64,000 nt of DNA from a virus: IMG/VR virus record IMGVR_UViG_3300034093_001036, positions 24,580 through 88,579 of that record, one strand, 5' to 3'. The notes under the pieces were generated by a model, which saw nothing but the letters and a program-made list of their open reading frames with translations, was not told the origin of the DNA and ran no database searches. Numbering within the stretch: the stretch's first letter is position 1; each line of letters opens with the position of its first letter. A program made the position numbers and the translations under genes. Positions 48,124 to 56,198 of this stretch are shown here, piece by piece.

Positions 48124-49845
48124 TTATTCTGAATCTCTTTGTGTTAGGCCTTGGAAGACACCCTTCTTATTATGAGAGATTAGATCTCCTGCAATAAAGA
48201 GTGAATAAGGATTTACAGTGATGTCATAAACATCTGTTGTTTCATCAACATAACCCAATACTTCAACAAGTACATCTGTTGCTTGATTATTTATGTCATA
48301 AACTAAATAGTCGCCAAGTTTAATTACACCAGCCTGAATAAATGCGTATACTCCATCTCTCTTAACTAGCATTAAGTGCTCTAGAGAGAATCTTCTTTGC
48401 TTACTACCATTAAACATTACAGTAGTTGCAACATCTCTTGCCTTAATTGCACTAATAGTTGTTTCAACAACTGATGATCCAGTTAGAGTATCAGATACCC
48501 ATGTCTCAGCAAAATCAACAGATGAGTTATCTGGTAATTCATTGAAACTGTAGGATACTAGACTTTGTCCTATAAACAAATCTCTTGCTTTAACATATCC
48601 ACTAGTTGTTCTTACAAGAACATCACCCTGTACACATCCATCAATTGGTGCAACTGGTGTTGGTTCAGTTGGAGTTGGGGTAAATACTGGTGGGAAGAAT
48701 GGACAGAATACTGGTGGGAAGAATGGACAGAATACTGGTGGGAAGAACGGACAGAATGATGGTGGGAAGAACGGTGGGAAGAACGGTGGGAAGAACGGTG
48801 GGAAGAATGGTCCTGTTGCTGGAGGCGTACAGTCTTGTGTGTCCGAATCTGTTCCTGTTGTAACAATTGGGGCTGGGTTTGGAGAACATCCACTTGCAGT
48901 TTCTGTTATAGTATACGATCTAGTTCTTGTTTGTGCATATTCATCTGGGCCACCAACTCTTACACAAGCACCCCAAGGACCCCACTCACCGTAAGTTGTT
49001 GTTGTTGTCCAGGTTGGTACACATGTTGGTGCAACTGGTGCAACTGGTGCAACTGGTGCAACTGGTGCAGTTGGTGTAGGTGTTGTACAAGTTACTGATG
49101 GATATCCTGAAGAACTTGCTGCAGTAATATTGGTTGCAGTTGGATATGTTGCTAATAAATTATCTAATGCCTGTCCTGATGTTGCTCCTGTGTCAGTAAC
49201 CGTAGTTCCACCAACACAACCAGAGATATACCAAGTTGTTGCAACAGGTGTTGGAGTAGGTGTTGTACAAGTTACTGATGGATATCCTGAAGAACTTGCT
49301 GCAGTAATATTGGTTGCAGTTGGGTGAACTTCTAGAAGATTATCAAGGGCTCTTCCTGATGTTGGACCTTCTCCATAAACAGGACTTCCATTAACGCAAC
49401 CAGAGATGTACCAAGTAACAGGTGTTGGTGTTGGTGTTGGTACACATGCTGCAGGAATTCCCAATAAAGTAACAATTTCAGCACTTGACAAGTTTGATAT
49501 TGTAGTTGTTCCTGTAATGTTTGTAATTCCTGATCCTGTAGGAGGTGTTCCATAAGCGCCTGAATAAGCAGTCGTTGATCCGTTACATGTTACATAAATA
49601 TCATAAATTGTAACCTCTGGTGTTGGTGTTACAGGAGTAGGTGCTACAGGAGTAGGTTCTACAGGAGTAGGTGCTACAGGAGTAGGTGCTACAGGAGTAG
49701 GTGCTACAGGAGTAGGTGCTACAGGAGTAGGTGCTACAGGAGTAGGTTCTACAGGAGTAGGTGCTACAGGAGTAGGTGCTACAGGAGTAGGAGTTGCTGC
49801 TAAAAATATTCCTATACCACTTGGGCCACGAAATAATGGACTCAT
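48124..49845 (-). CDS. Pro/Thr-rich repeat + TSP1-like + PPFF/Cys repeat + Hint-domain protein (copy B)
   Basis: PTPVA repeats, two 60-aa Cys-bounded repeats, WGPWGAC...QTRTR, PPFF/PPVFC repeats at 48682-48810 and a Hint domain at 48169-48636. Confidence 0.88.
   Translation of the reverse strand: MSPLFRGPSGIGIFLAATPTPVAPTPVAPTPVEPTPVAPTPVAPTPVAPTPVAPTPVAPTPVEPTPVAPTPVTPTPEVTIYDIYVTCNGSTTAYSGAYGTPPTGSGITNITGTTTISNLSSAEIVTLLGIPAACVPTPTPTPVTWYISGCVNGSPVYGEGPTSGRALDNLLEVHPTATNITAASSSGYPSVTCTTPTPTPVATTWYISGCVGGTTVTDTGATSGQALDNLLATYPTATNITAASSSGYPSVTCTTPTPTAPVAPVAPVAPVAPTCVPTWTTTTTYGEWGPWGACVRVGGPDEYAQTRTRSYTITETASGCSPNPAPIVTTGTDSDTQDCTPPATGPFFPPFFPPFFPPFFPPSFCPFFPPVFCPFFPPVFCPFFPPVFTPTPTEPTPVAPIDGCVQGDVLVRTTSGYVKARDLFIGQSLVSYSFNELPDNSSVDFAETWVSDTLTGSSVVETTISAIKARDVATTVMFNGSKQRRFSLEHLMLVKRDGVYAFIQAGVIKLGDYLVYDINNQATDVLVEVLGYVDETTDVYDITVNPYSLFIAGDLISHNKKGVFQGLTQRDSE
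49620..49795 (-). repeat. About eleven tandem 15-nt repeats encoding PTPV(A/E)
   Basis: Plus strand unit acaggagtaggtgct. Confidence 0.95.
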
Positions 49846-49863
49846 GATTCTACCTGTTTACTA

Positions 49864-50622
49864 CTAAGCAAACTTGTTCTGTGATGCAAGAGCAGTAAAT
49901 GTTTCTGCACCTGTTTTCCTAATTGTATAAACATAAACATCTGTTGAGTTAATGTTTCCTGAAGAAGGGGCTATTCCACCTAACCATTTAGGAGTTACTG
50001 ATGCACCATCAACAGTAAGTGCTGTTGGGTAATATGCAGTTCCACTTTGAGGAGATTCAAATACAACAGAGATTTGCTGACCTGTTGCCATTAATGAATT
50101 AAGAGTAGTTGTTGCATTGCCACGAATATTTATTGTCCAATTTGCGACGGCATTGGAAGTACGAATATCAATAGAAGAAGTAGCAACATCAATATCAATT
50201 GCTCCAGTTGCTGCTGTTGCAGAAATAGTTGTTAATTCTTTTGGTGATACAAGTGAAGATTTATCAACTCCGTCTACATAAGACTTTGTTGCTAAAAGAG
50301 AAGTATCTGCTATGCCATGGACATTTGTTGTAGATGAATTATGTGTTGTAATTGCAGCATTTCTGGCTAATACTTCTGCTGCATCTGCTGCAGTTCTATT
50401 TACTACTTCAAGAGCATCTGCATCTACAAGATTCTGTAAATGTTTTGCAATAGATGGGGTTAAAAGGTTTGCGGTATTTGTATTTGAACCGTCATAGGCA
50501 TAAGATCCATAGTGGTAAAGTCTTAGCGCTGCTTGAATATCGGCTGCATCTGAAAGTCCAGGTATTTTGGCATTGAATAGCCCAGTACCACCAACGGTAT
50601 TGTCAATATTCTCTGCTGCCAC
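49864..50622 (-). CDS. Fibre-like virion protein
   Basis: 252 aa; HNSSTTNVHGIADTSLLATKSYVD resembles a segment of 38231-40948; GTG start after AAGGGTGA. Confidence 0.65.
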   Translation of the reverse strand: MAAENIDNTVGGTGLFNAKIPGLSDAADIQAALRLYHYGSYAYDGSNTNTANLLTPSIAKHLQNLVDADALEVVNRTAADAAEVLARNAAITTHNSSTTNVHGIADTSLLATKSYVDGVDKSSLVSPKELTTISATAATGAIDIDVATSSIDIRTSNAVANWTINIRGNATTTLNSLMATGQQISVVFESPQSGTAYYPTALTVDGASVTPKWLGGIAPSSGNINSTDVYVYTIRKTGAETFTALASQNKFA

Positions 50623-50641
50623 TATAAATCACCCTTTTTCA

Positions 50642-51238
50642 TTATACCACCGTAATAAATAGGTGGACACGCTTAGTACCAGTTATCGGTCCCCAAGTTG
50701 TTCCATCATATTCTACACCCTCTATTTCAAGTGGTAGTGCTCTAATGCTTCCGCTATCTACTACATCTTTTACTACAAGATTTGTTGCTAATGGTCCAGC
50801 AGTATCTGGAGATGAAATAGAATACTGAATACTAAAACTTGCAGATGTAAGGTTTACGTCGCTTGCAATTTCTGTTACGTTAATTGGTGGAATAGTTAGT
50901 TTTCCATTTGCAGCAGTTACATCTTTTACAGCAGAATAAAAATTTGTTTTTAAACTAAGCATTTCAGTCCACTGTGTTCCAGTTGTTGTCGCTATTCTTT
51001 GAAATACTGTTTTATATGTATCTGAGTATGGATTATAGTCAATTGCAATATCTAGCGCTTCAATTCCTGTTGGAAGGTTAAGGATATCTGCATGAACATT
51101 TGCATCTTGTGGATTTCCGTTTGATCCCACAATAATACTTCCACGATCACCCTGTGGCCCTATGTCTAGGTCAAGACTTATTTCTACTGGACCACCAAAA
51201 ACTGTTAAATCGTCATTTGATACTAATATATCTGCCAT
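50642..51238 (-). CDS. Virion protein with short collagen-like motif
   Basis: 198 aa with GPQGDRGS; lies in the fibre gene run. Confidence 0.6.
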   Translation of the reverse strand: MADILVSNDDLTVFGGPVEISLDLDIGPQGDRGSIIVGSNGNPQDANVHADILNLPTGIEALDIAIDYNPYSDTYKTVFQRIATTTGTQWTEMLSLKTNFYSAVKDVTAANGKLTIPPINVTEIASDVNLTSASFSIQYSISSPDTAGPLATNLVVKDVVDSGSIRALPLEIEGVEYDGTTWGPITGTKRVHLFITVV

Positions 51239-51240
51239 TG

Positions 51241-51696
51241 TTAATCTCCAGGGACTGGATCTCGTGTGACTTGATCAGTAACTGTGATTGTTCCAGTCAT
51301 AAGTGTAATTACTTTTTCATAAAATGGGCTATCTGGTCCTCCAGCAGGATATCTTACTTCAACATCATAAACATATTCTGTGCCAGCAACAAGTTGATTT
51401 CCTTCTGTTGGTCTAATTGCACATTGGACAAAAGTATTAGTCTCAACATCAACTCTAGCAAAACATTTAATTGTTGCTGATTCTGCACTTCCTCTTGCTG
51501 TGGCAATTGAAAACCTTGCTTGCTCATATGGAGCGACTCCAGTAACACCATCAATAGTGTTTGTGTTATATAGAATATTGCTGTCATAAAATGGACTTAG
51601 GTCAAAAACCGTTCCATCGTTCTTTTTCGGGTAGATACGAAACTCAAAGGTGTCACCCTTATAGTAATTAAAGTCGTAGGTTGCTGGAAATGCCAT
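51241..51696 (-). CDS. BppU-N-like beta-sandwich virion protein
   Basis: YYKGDTF...FDLS...YVYDVEV...LMTGTITV. Confidence 0.55.
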   Translation of the reverse strand: MAFPATYDFNYYKGDTFEFRIYPKKNDGTVFDLSPFYDSNILYNTNTIDGVTGVAPYEQARFSIATARGSAESATIKCFARVDVETNTFVQCAIRPTEGNQLVAGTEYVYDVEVRYPAGGPDSPFYEKVITLMTGTITVTDQVTRDPVPGD

Positions 51697-51703
51697 GGTT
51701 TTA

Positions 51704-52435
51704 TTATACCACGCTGACGTAGACAGAATTGAATATTACAGATGAATCAAAGTCTGTTCTAATTTGTGGAACAGCGCCATTGCCCCACATTGCTTGGTTT
51801 TCAATAAATATTTGTTGAGTGACTGAAAGATTATAAGTATTCTGATATTTAAATGATCCTACTAATTGTACAAACTCCTGATCATTGCTTGCAAAATAGG
51901 TTCTTAGCCAAACCTCTGTATTTGAGGTATATGTGGTTAGTTCAAAGTTATATGTTACGGATACTTGGGAGCCTTCTTTTATACCGTGAAAGTTTAAGGC
52001 TCTCTGGTGGCTATTCCAAAGACTGGTACAGCCTGCTGGAAGGTATTTTTCATTTTGACTCTTATCTTTTGTGTCTAATAAAAGAGTTACCCAACCATCG
52101 TCTCCTTGAGAGATACCAAGTTTGATTGGTTTTTCAATAGTGTTTGTATATGAGGCCCAACCTGCTTGTTGTCCAGATGATGACAATGAACTTTGGCCAT
52201 TGACTCCTGCTGGACCACGATCTCCTTTAGGGCCAGGATTTCCCTGTGCTCCTTGCAATCCTTGTTCGCCATTTCTGCCATCTCTACCTGCAGGTCCTTG
52301 TGGTCCGACTGGGCCAGGGACTGGAAGAAATGAAATAGCATTATCTACAGTAGGATATGTTTGACTTTGTTCTACTTGTGCAGCATAAGAAGATTTTTTT
52401 GCACCTGGGAAATCCATAGATTTAGAAACAGCCAT
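51704..52435 (-). CDS. Collagen-like (Gly-X-Y) fibre protein
   Basis: About 13 triplets, GPVGPQGPAGRDGRNGEQGLQGAQGNPGPKGDRGPAGVNG. Confidence 0.8.
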   Translation of the reverse strand: MAVSKSMDFPGAKKSSYAAQVEQSQTYPTVDNAISFLPVPGPVGPQGPAGRDGRNGEQGLQGAQGNPGPKGDRGPAGVNGQSSLSSSGQQAGWASYTNTIEKPIKLGISQGDDGWVTLLLDTKDKSQNEKYLPAGCTSLWNSHQRALNFHGIKEGSQVSVTYNFELTTYTSNTEVWLRTYFASNDQEFVQLVGSFKYQNTYNLSVTQQIFIENQAMWGNGAVPQIRTDFDSSVIFNSVYVSVV

Positions 52436-52455
52436 GGAGTTATTATCTCACTATA

Positions 52456-53280
52456 TTAAGTCAGTGACTCTATAGATGTAATGATTCCGTTGGTAACTGT
52501 AACCATCTTGCTATCTGAGGTTTGGAATGTTCCTGTTGCTCCCGTTGGTAAATCACCAATAGTTGCAATTTGATTATCAGCAACAGTTGGATCATCTAAG
52601 AATTCTCCACCATCTCCAGATATAACAACAGTGTCAGGAGCAAGTAAAAATAAAGGATCTGCATCTTTACCATAAAGTCCATTAACTTTTATTAAACTGT
52701 CTGGTGCTGGGCCAGTTAATAATCCATCAGATCCAAATACCCATTGGTTTTCAGATACTTCTTCTCCAGGCGGTCTTGTGCTTACCAATACTAATCTTTC
52801 TTCATCAGAAACAAGAACTTTATTTCTTTCTCCACCAATAACAAAAGTGCTGTTTTTAGAGAAAATGTCCCACTCGGCAGTGTTACCAACTGGATCTGCT
52901 AAACCACCATTTGCTTTTGCAATGTATAGATTGTTATCGCTTCCTCTTACAACTGCAAGATCTGTAATGTATCCATTACCTGAAATATAGTTTCCTAAGT
53001 ATACAAGTCCGCTAGAACCATTTGTTCCATCTGCACCTTTTGCTGCAAGCAAGTTCCAGATAAATCCTTGTGCAGGTGTGTCTCCAACGTTTCCACCATT
53101 TGCATTAGCACGGTACCAAAGTTGTCCATCGTATGTTGCTAAATCTCCAACAGCATATGCTGCGCCACCACTGTATTCTCCAGTGTAATTCCAAATAGCA
53201 TCTGCCCCATCTTCTCCTGGTGTACCAGGTGCTCCTGGAGTCCCGTCTCCGCTACCACCTGTTGTAGTAAAACGTGCCAT
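52456..53280 (-). CDS. Fibre protein with short collagen repeats and CBM5/12-like modules
   Basis: GDGTPGAPGTPGEDGADA; YAVGDLATYDGQLWY, plus a degenerate second copy. Confidence 0.6.
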   Translation of the reverse strand: MARFTTTGGSGDGTPGAPGTPGEDGADAIWNYTGEYSGGAAYAVGDLATYDGQLWYRANANGGNVGDTPAQGFIWNLLAAKGADGTNGSSGLVYLGNYISGNGYITDLAVVRGSDNNLYIAKANGGLADPVGNTAEWDIFSKNSTFVIGGERNKVLVSDEERLVLVSTRPPGEEVSENQWVFGSDGLLTGPAPDSLIKVNGLYGKDADPLFLLAPDTVVISGDGGEFLDDPTVADNQIATIGDLPTGATGTFQTSDSKMVTVTNGIITSIESLT

Positions 53281-53282
53281 GA

Positions 53283-53555
53283 TTAATCAAGTCCCATTTT
53301 AAATAATGCAACTTTAGAGTTGTTGGTATCTGTGATTGCATATAGCGCATCTAGTCCAGGTAGTTCTACAGACCATGCTGAGCCAGGGGCAAGACGGTAT
53401 CCGTAATCAGATGCTGTCACTCCTTCTCCTCCAAGGTATACATATGCAGAAGCATCTACATTTTGAATTGTAATATCCATTCCAGAATGCATTCCGTTTG
53501 GAGTTAGTCTGGTAGCAGAAGCGCTACTAAGAGTTGTAAGGGCATGAGTTGTCAT
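53283..53555 (-). CDS. Small virion protein
   Basis: 90 aa with ITIQN.....VYLGG..V....YGYRL; leaderless. Confidence 0.65.
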   Translation of the reverse strand: MTTHALTTLSSASATRLTPNGMHSGMDITIQNVDASAYVYLGGEGVTASDYGYRLAPGSAWSVELPGLDALYAITDTNNSKVALFKMGLD

Positions 53556-53567
53556 GCCTAGATTATA

Positions 53568-53654
53568 TCACCTATTTACTTTGAAAGTTTTATCTTTAAT
53601 TCTAACCAGCGTGGGCAACTCAGGTCTTGGAGTTGATATTTTAACTACTGCCAT
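53568..53654 (-). CDS. 28-aa microprotein MAVVKISTPRPELPTLVRIKDKTFKVNR
   Basis: TAATG-coupled to 53654-54034 and fills the gap; mirrors the arrangement at 44281. Confidence 0.55.
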   Translation of the reverse strand: MAVVKISTPRPELPTLVRIKDKTFKVNR

Positions 53655-54034
53655 TAGAGACTACCTGTTACATCTCCAATTACTGAGATGGTTCCAATCA
53701 AAGGTGTCCAAATTGTTTCTACGTCAATAGTTACTTGAAGGTCAAAAGTTAATTCTGTTACAACTGATTTATAACCAGTACCCCATAATTCAGTAATAGA
53801 TGCTGGAGCCATAATGTCTACATATCCACTTCCTGCCGTAACTTCCAGGGTATCAAGAGCATCAGACTGAGGATCATAAGTAGTAGCCTCAAAGGTCCAA
53901 TCAGAAGTATCAAAATATGTTACTTCGTCATCTTCTAAAAATTCAACACGAAGCGGGGAGGTATCTCCTCTAACGATTTGCCATTTAATTCTGGCTGGAT
54001 CTGCTCCAAAAACTTCTGGTCCATGCATAGTCAT
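53654..54034 (-). CDS. BppU-N-like beta-sandwich virion protein
   Basis: WQIVRGDTS...FDLQV....WTPLIGTI..IGDVT; paralog of 44281-44691. Confidence 0.6.
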   Translation of the reverse strand: MTMHGPEVFGADPARIKWQIVRGDTSPLRVEFLEDDEVTYFDTSDWTFEATTYDPQSDALDTLEVTAGSGYVDIMAPASITELWGTGYKSVVTELTFDLQVTIDVETIWTPLIGTISVIGDVTGSL

Positions 54035-54050
54035 AATGTGATTATACCAT

Positions 54051-54101
54051 AAAAAAGACTAATACCTTGATTGGTGGGTATAGGACAAACCAAGGTATTA
54101 G
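54051..54101 (-). terminator. Hairpin followed by a T-tract
   Basis: 11-bp inverted repeat CTAATACCTTG (54059-54069) / CAAGGTATTAG (54091-54101), then TTTTTT on the minus strand. Confidence 0.55.
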
Positions 54102-54300
54102 CCAGTAATAAAAGTATACCATAATAGACAAAACGGACATAACATTTAAAGTTATCAAATTGTTATAATAGACAATGTCCGATTTGTTACCATATGTCTT
54201 TTATGCCAGGTATTGAATAGTGTATACTAAATATATATAAGAAAAAAAAGAACTATCTTTATAGTTTTACAAACTATCTTTATATATAGTATATAGCAAA

Positions 54301-54567
54301 TTATTTATCATTAGCAGCAATGTGCTTAATTAGAATTTCGTACATTTCGTCAAGTTTCTTTTCTTGGCGATCTCTAGATTTGATAGAGTCAATTCTCTGT
54401 TCGTCAACAGCACTTTCTAATCTATTAATTTGATCTTTTACCGATGATCCGCCATTAGTTTTAAGTTCGTAAAGATAATGCTTTACAAGCCACTTGATTC
54501 CAAAGGCAATTGATGATACAATTGTAAGTATTGCTACTATTAAGGAAGCCCAGTCTTGAATTGTCAT
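54301..54567 (-). CDS. Holin-like membrane protein
   Basis: One N-terminal TM helix, then ELKTNGGSSVKDQINRLE and a coiled coil, as in actinophage membrane proteins; likely start 54567. Confidence 0.55.
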   Translation of the reverse strand: MTIQDWASLIVAILTIVSSIAFGIKWLVKHYLYELKTNGGSSVKDQINRLESAVDEQRIDSIKSRDRQEKKLDEMYEILIKHIAANDK

Positions 54568-54599
54568 AACTATATTATTATACATGGAGTTTATTAAAA

Positions 54600-55370
54600 A
54601 TGAAGACAGACATACTCAATACATTAGAGCATTCGACGAATCTTATTATATCCCCTGACATGGATGGCTTTATGACCGCAAAATTATTAGAGCGTTTTAA
54701 CGGTTCGCAAATAGTAGGCTCATACGACAAAAATATTTTATGTCTCGCCGACGGGATCAATCCAGAAGAATGTCTGTTTGTCGACTGCGATATGAATCGG
54801 CAAGAGTATGTATCTCTCGGCAATCATATGCGACTCTTGGAAGATAATATGTCCGTCGAGTCGTTTAATCCAAATGTTCACTTTGGCGTCACGACATATA
54901 GCGACAAGTTTCCTTTCGCAACCGCCTTTTTGATAAGTTTCGCAACAGAGGTTCAAACCTCCAATCTTGACCTCATACGCATGGCTTTCGCTGACTCAAC
55001 TCTCAAGAACATGGAGAAATATAGCGAGAACATGCGAAATTGGTCAACACGGATGGATCATCCTGCAGTACAGTACATAATGGACAATTCGGACATTGCA
55101 AGAAAAAATGATGCACAGGCAAGGTTTGATTATGTTGATCAATCATTTACTTCTAAACGATACGGCAAGCAACGATACCTGGATACCCTTAATAACGCCC
55201 TAGAAGGTCAGGGTATGAAGTTTAAACCACTAACTATGGGTAGTAAGTACATATGCGACAAAGTTGGCAAAGAAACCGTTATAAGGTATAATAGAGATAT
55301 CATCTCTTATGCAGAGATATTTACAGGAGAGTATTCTGTAACTTACAACCAAGAAAAGGAATGGGTATGA
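54600..55370 (+). CDS. Hypothetical protein, possibly DHH phosphoesterase-like
   Basis: 256 aa; SPDMDG, LFVDCD and LGNH occupy the positions of DHH motifs I-III, but the DHH triad itself is absent. Confidence 0.4.
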   Translation: MKTDILNTLEHSTNLIISPDMDGFMTAKLLERFNGSQIVGSYDKNILCLADGINPEECLFVDCDMNRQEYVSLGNHMRLLEDNMSVESFNPNVHFGVTTYSDKFPFATAFLISFATEVQTSNLDLIRMAFADSTLKNMEKYSENMRNWSTRMDHPAVQYIMDNSDIARKNDAQARFDYVDQSFTSKRYGKQRYLDTLNNALEGQGMKFKPLTMGSKYICDKVGKETVIRYNRDIISYAEIFTGEYSVTYNQEKEWV

Positions 55371-55552
55371 ATAAAGAAGAAATTATTGACATGATGGTAG
55401 AGAGTATTACTGCTGATAACAGAGAACTTTGCAAGCAAAACAATATGAGCGATGAAGAAGCAGAAGCGCAAATTTCACAAGTACATCCAACGTTAGTATA
55501 CATGGCTTCAAATATTTACACAAAATTGAAAGAAGGTGGCGCACTTGCCTAA
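55361..55552 (+). CDS. Hypothetical protein
   Basis: About 61-63 aa, overlaps both neighbours. Confidence 0.65.
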   Translation: MGMNKEEIIDMMVESITADNRELCKQNNMSDEEAEAQISQVHPTLVYMASNIYTKLKEGGALA

Positions 55553-55748
55553 ATATTATTACAAACCAATTTTTGAAAAAGTCCAAGAAGCATATCTGGC
55601 AAATGCCAAAAAAGACTACGAGCCAGGAATTTATATTGAGTCTAATGTGGATATTGTTGTAAATGCAGATTCAGAAGAGCATGCAAATATGATTTGCTAT
55701 GGGTTTATTGATGTAGGTATGTGGAAATTATATCAAATTAAGGATTAA
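55536..55748 (+). CDS. Hypothetical protein
   Basis: About 67-70 aa, overlaps the upstream stop. Confidence 0.6.
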   Translation: MAHLPKYYYKPIFEKVQEAYLANAKKDYEPGIYIESNVDIVVNADSEEHANMICYGFIDVGMWKLYQIKD

Positions 55749-55751
55749 GGT

Positions 55752-55922
55752 TTAGGCCATATTTTTTACAAATTGGGCTATCTCATGTGCTGCTTCATGA
55801 TGTGTACCGTGAAATTTTAACTCGATCTGGTTTGCAATATGTTGTCTAAGTCTTTGCTCAATATTAAATAGCAAAACCGCTTGTTTTTGTTCTGGAGTTA
55901 ACTCTTGATGATCGCTATTCAT
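55752..55922 (-). CDS. 56-aa hypothetical protein
   Basis: Translated by hand: MNSDHQELTPEQKQAVLLFNIEQRLRQHIANQIELKFHGTHHEAAHEIAQFVKNMA; overlaps the upstream stop. Confidence 0.65.
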   Translation of the reverse strand: MNSDHQELTPEQKQAVLLFNIEQRLRQHIANQIELKFHGTHHEAAHEIAQFVKNMA

Positions 55923-56082
55923 TTTTGCAAGAACATCCTGAGCAACAAGTTTCTGAAAATATTTTTACAGCCAACGAAGAGTAGTCTGTAGGTCTGCCCA
56001 TATTGTCTGTTGATTGCATAGGTTTGGATTCGAATAAGAAATTTTCATCCCAGGCATTTTCTAGATTGTCCAGAATTCCCAT
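55915..56082 (-). CDS. 55-aa protein ending in CCSGCSC
   Basis: Translated by hand: MGILDNLENAWDENF...SETCCSGCSCKNE. Confidence 0.65.
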   Translation of the reverse strand: MGILDNLENAWDENFLFESKPMQSTDNMGRPTDYSSLAVKIFSETCCSGCSCKNE

Positions 56083-56086
56083 TTAA

Positions 56087-56170
56087 TTATTCCTGTGGTG
56101 CACTCATATGAGGATTAGTGCATGTGCATGCTTTGCAGCAGTTATCGCCATCATAATTTGTTTCGGTCAT
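56087..56170 (-). CDS. 27-aa Cys-rich microprotein MTETNYDGDNCCKACTCTNPHMSAPQE
   Basis: Leaderless start, TGCTATAAT-6 nt-ATG. Confidence 0.6.
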   Translation of the reverse strand: MTETNYDGDNCCKACTCTNPHMSAPQE

Positions 56171-56198
56171 AGATCTATTATAGCACCATTCTGAAAAA

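Noticed and set aside
36836-48636. Duplicated Hint region as a diversity-generating retroelement TR/VR pair, prompted by the Mtd-like N-terminus at 40948
   Set aside because: Differences are not confined to adenines (GAC CTG GCT versus GAT TTG TTT), both copies are in intact ORFs, and no reverse transcriptase is in the window.
37349-49795. Tandem repeats as a possible CRISPR array
   Set aside because: The units are contiguous multiples of 3 nt inside ORFs with no unique spacers, and no cas genes are present.
55934-55960. ATCCTGAGCA as a fourth pseudoknot copy
   Set aside because: It lacks the GAT and GCTC pairing partners and lies antisense within a coding region.
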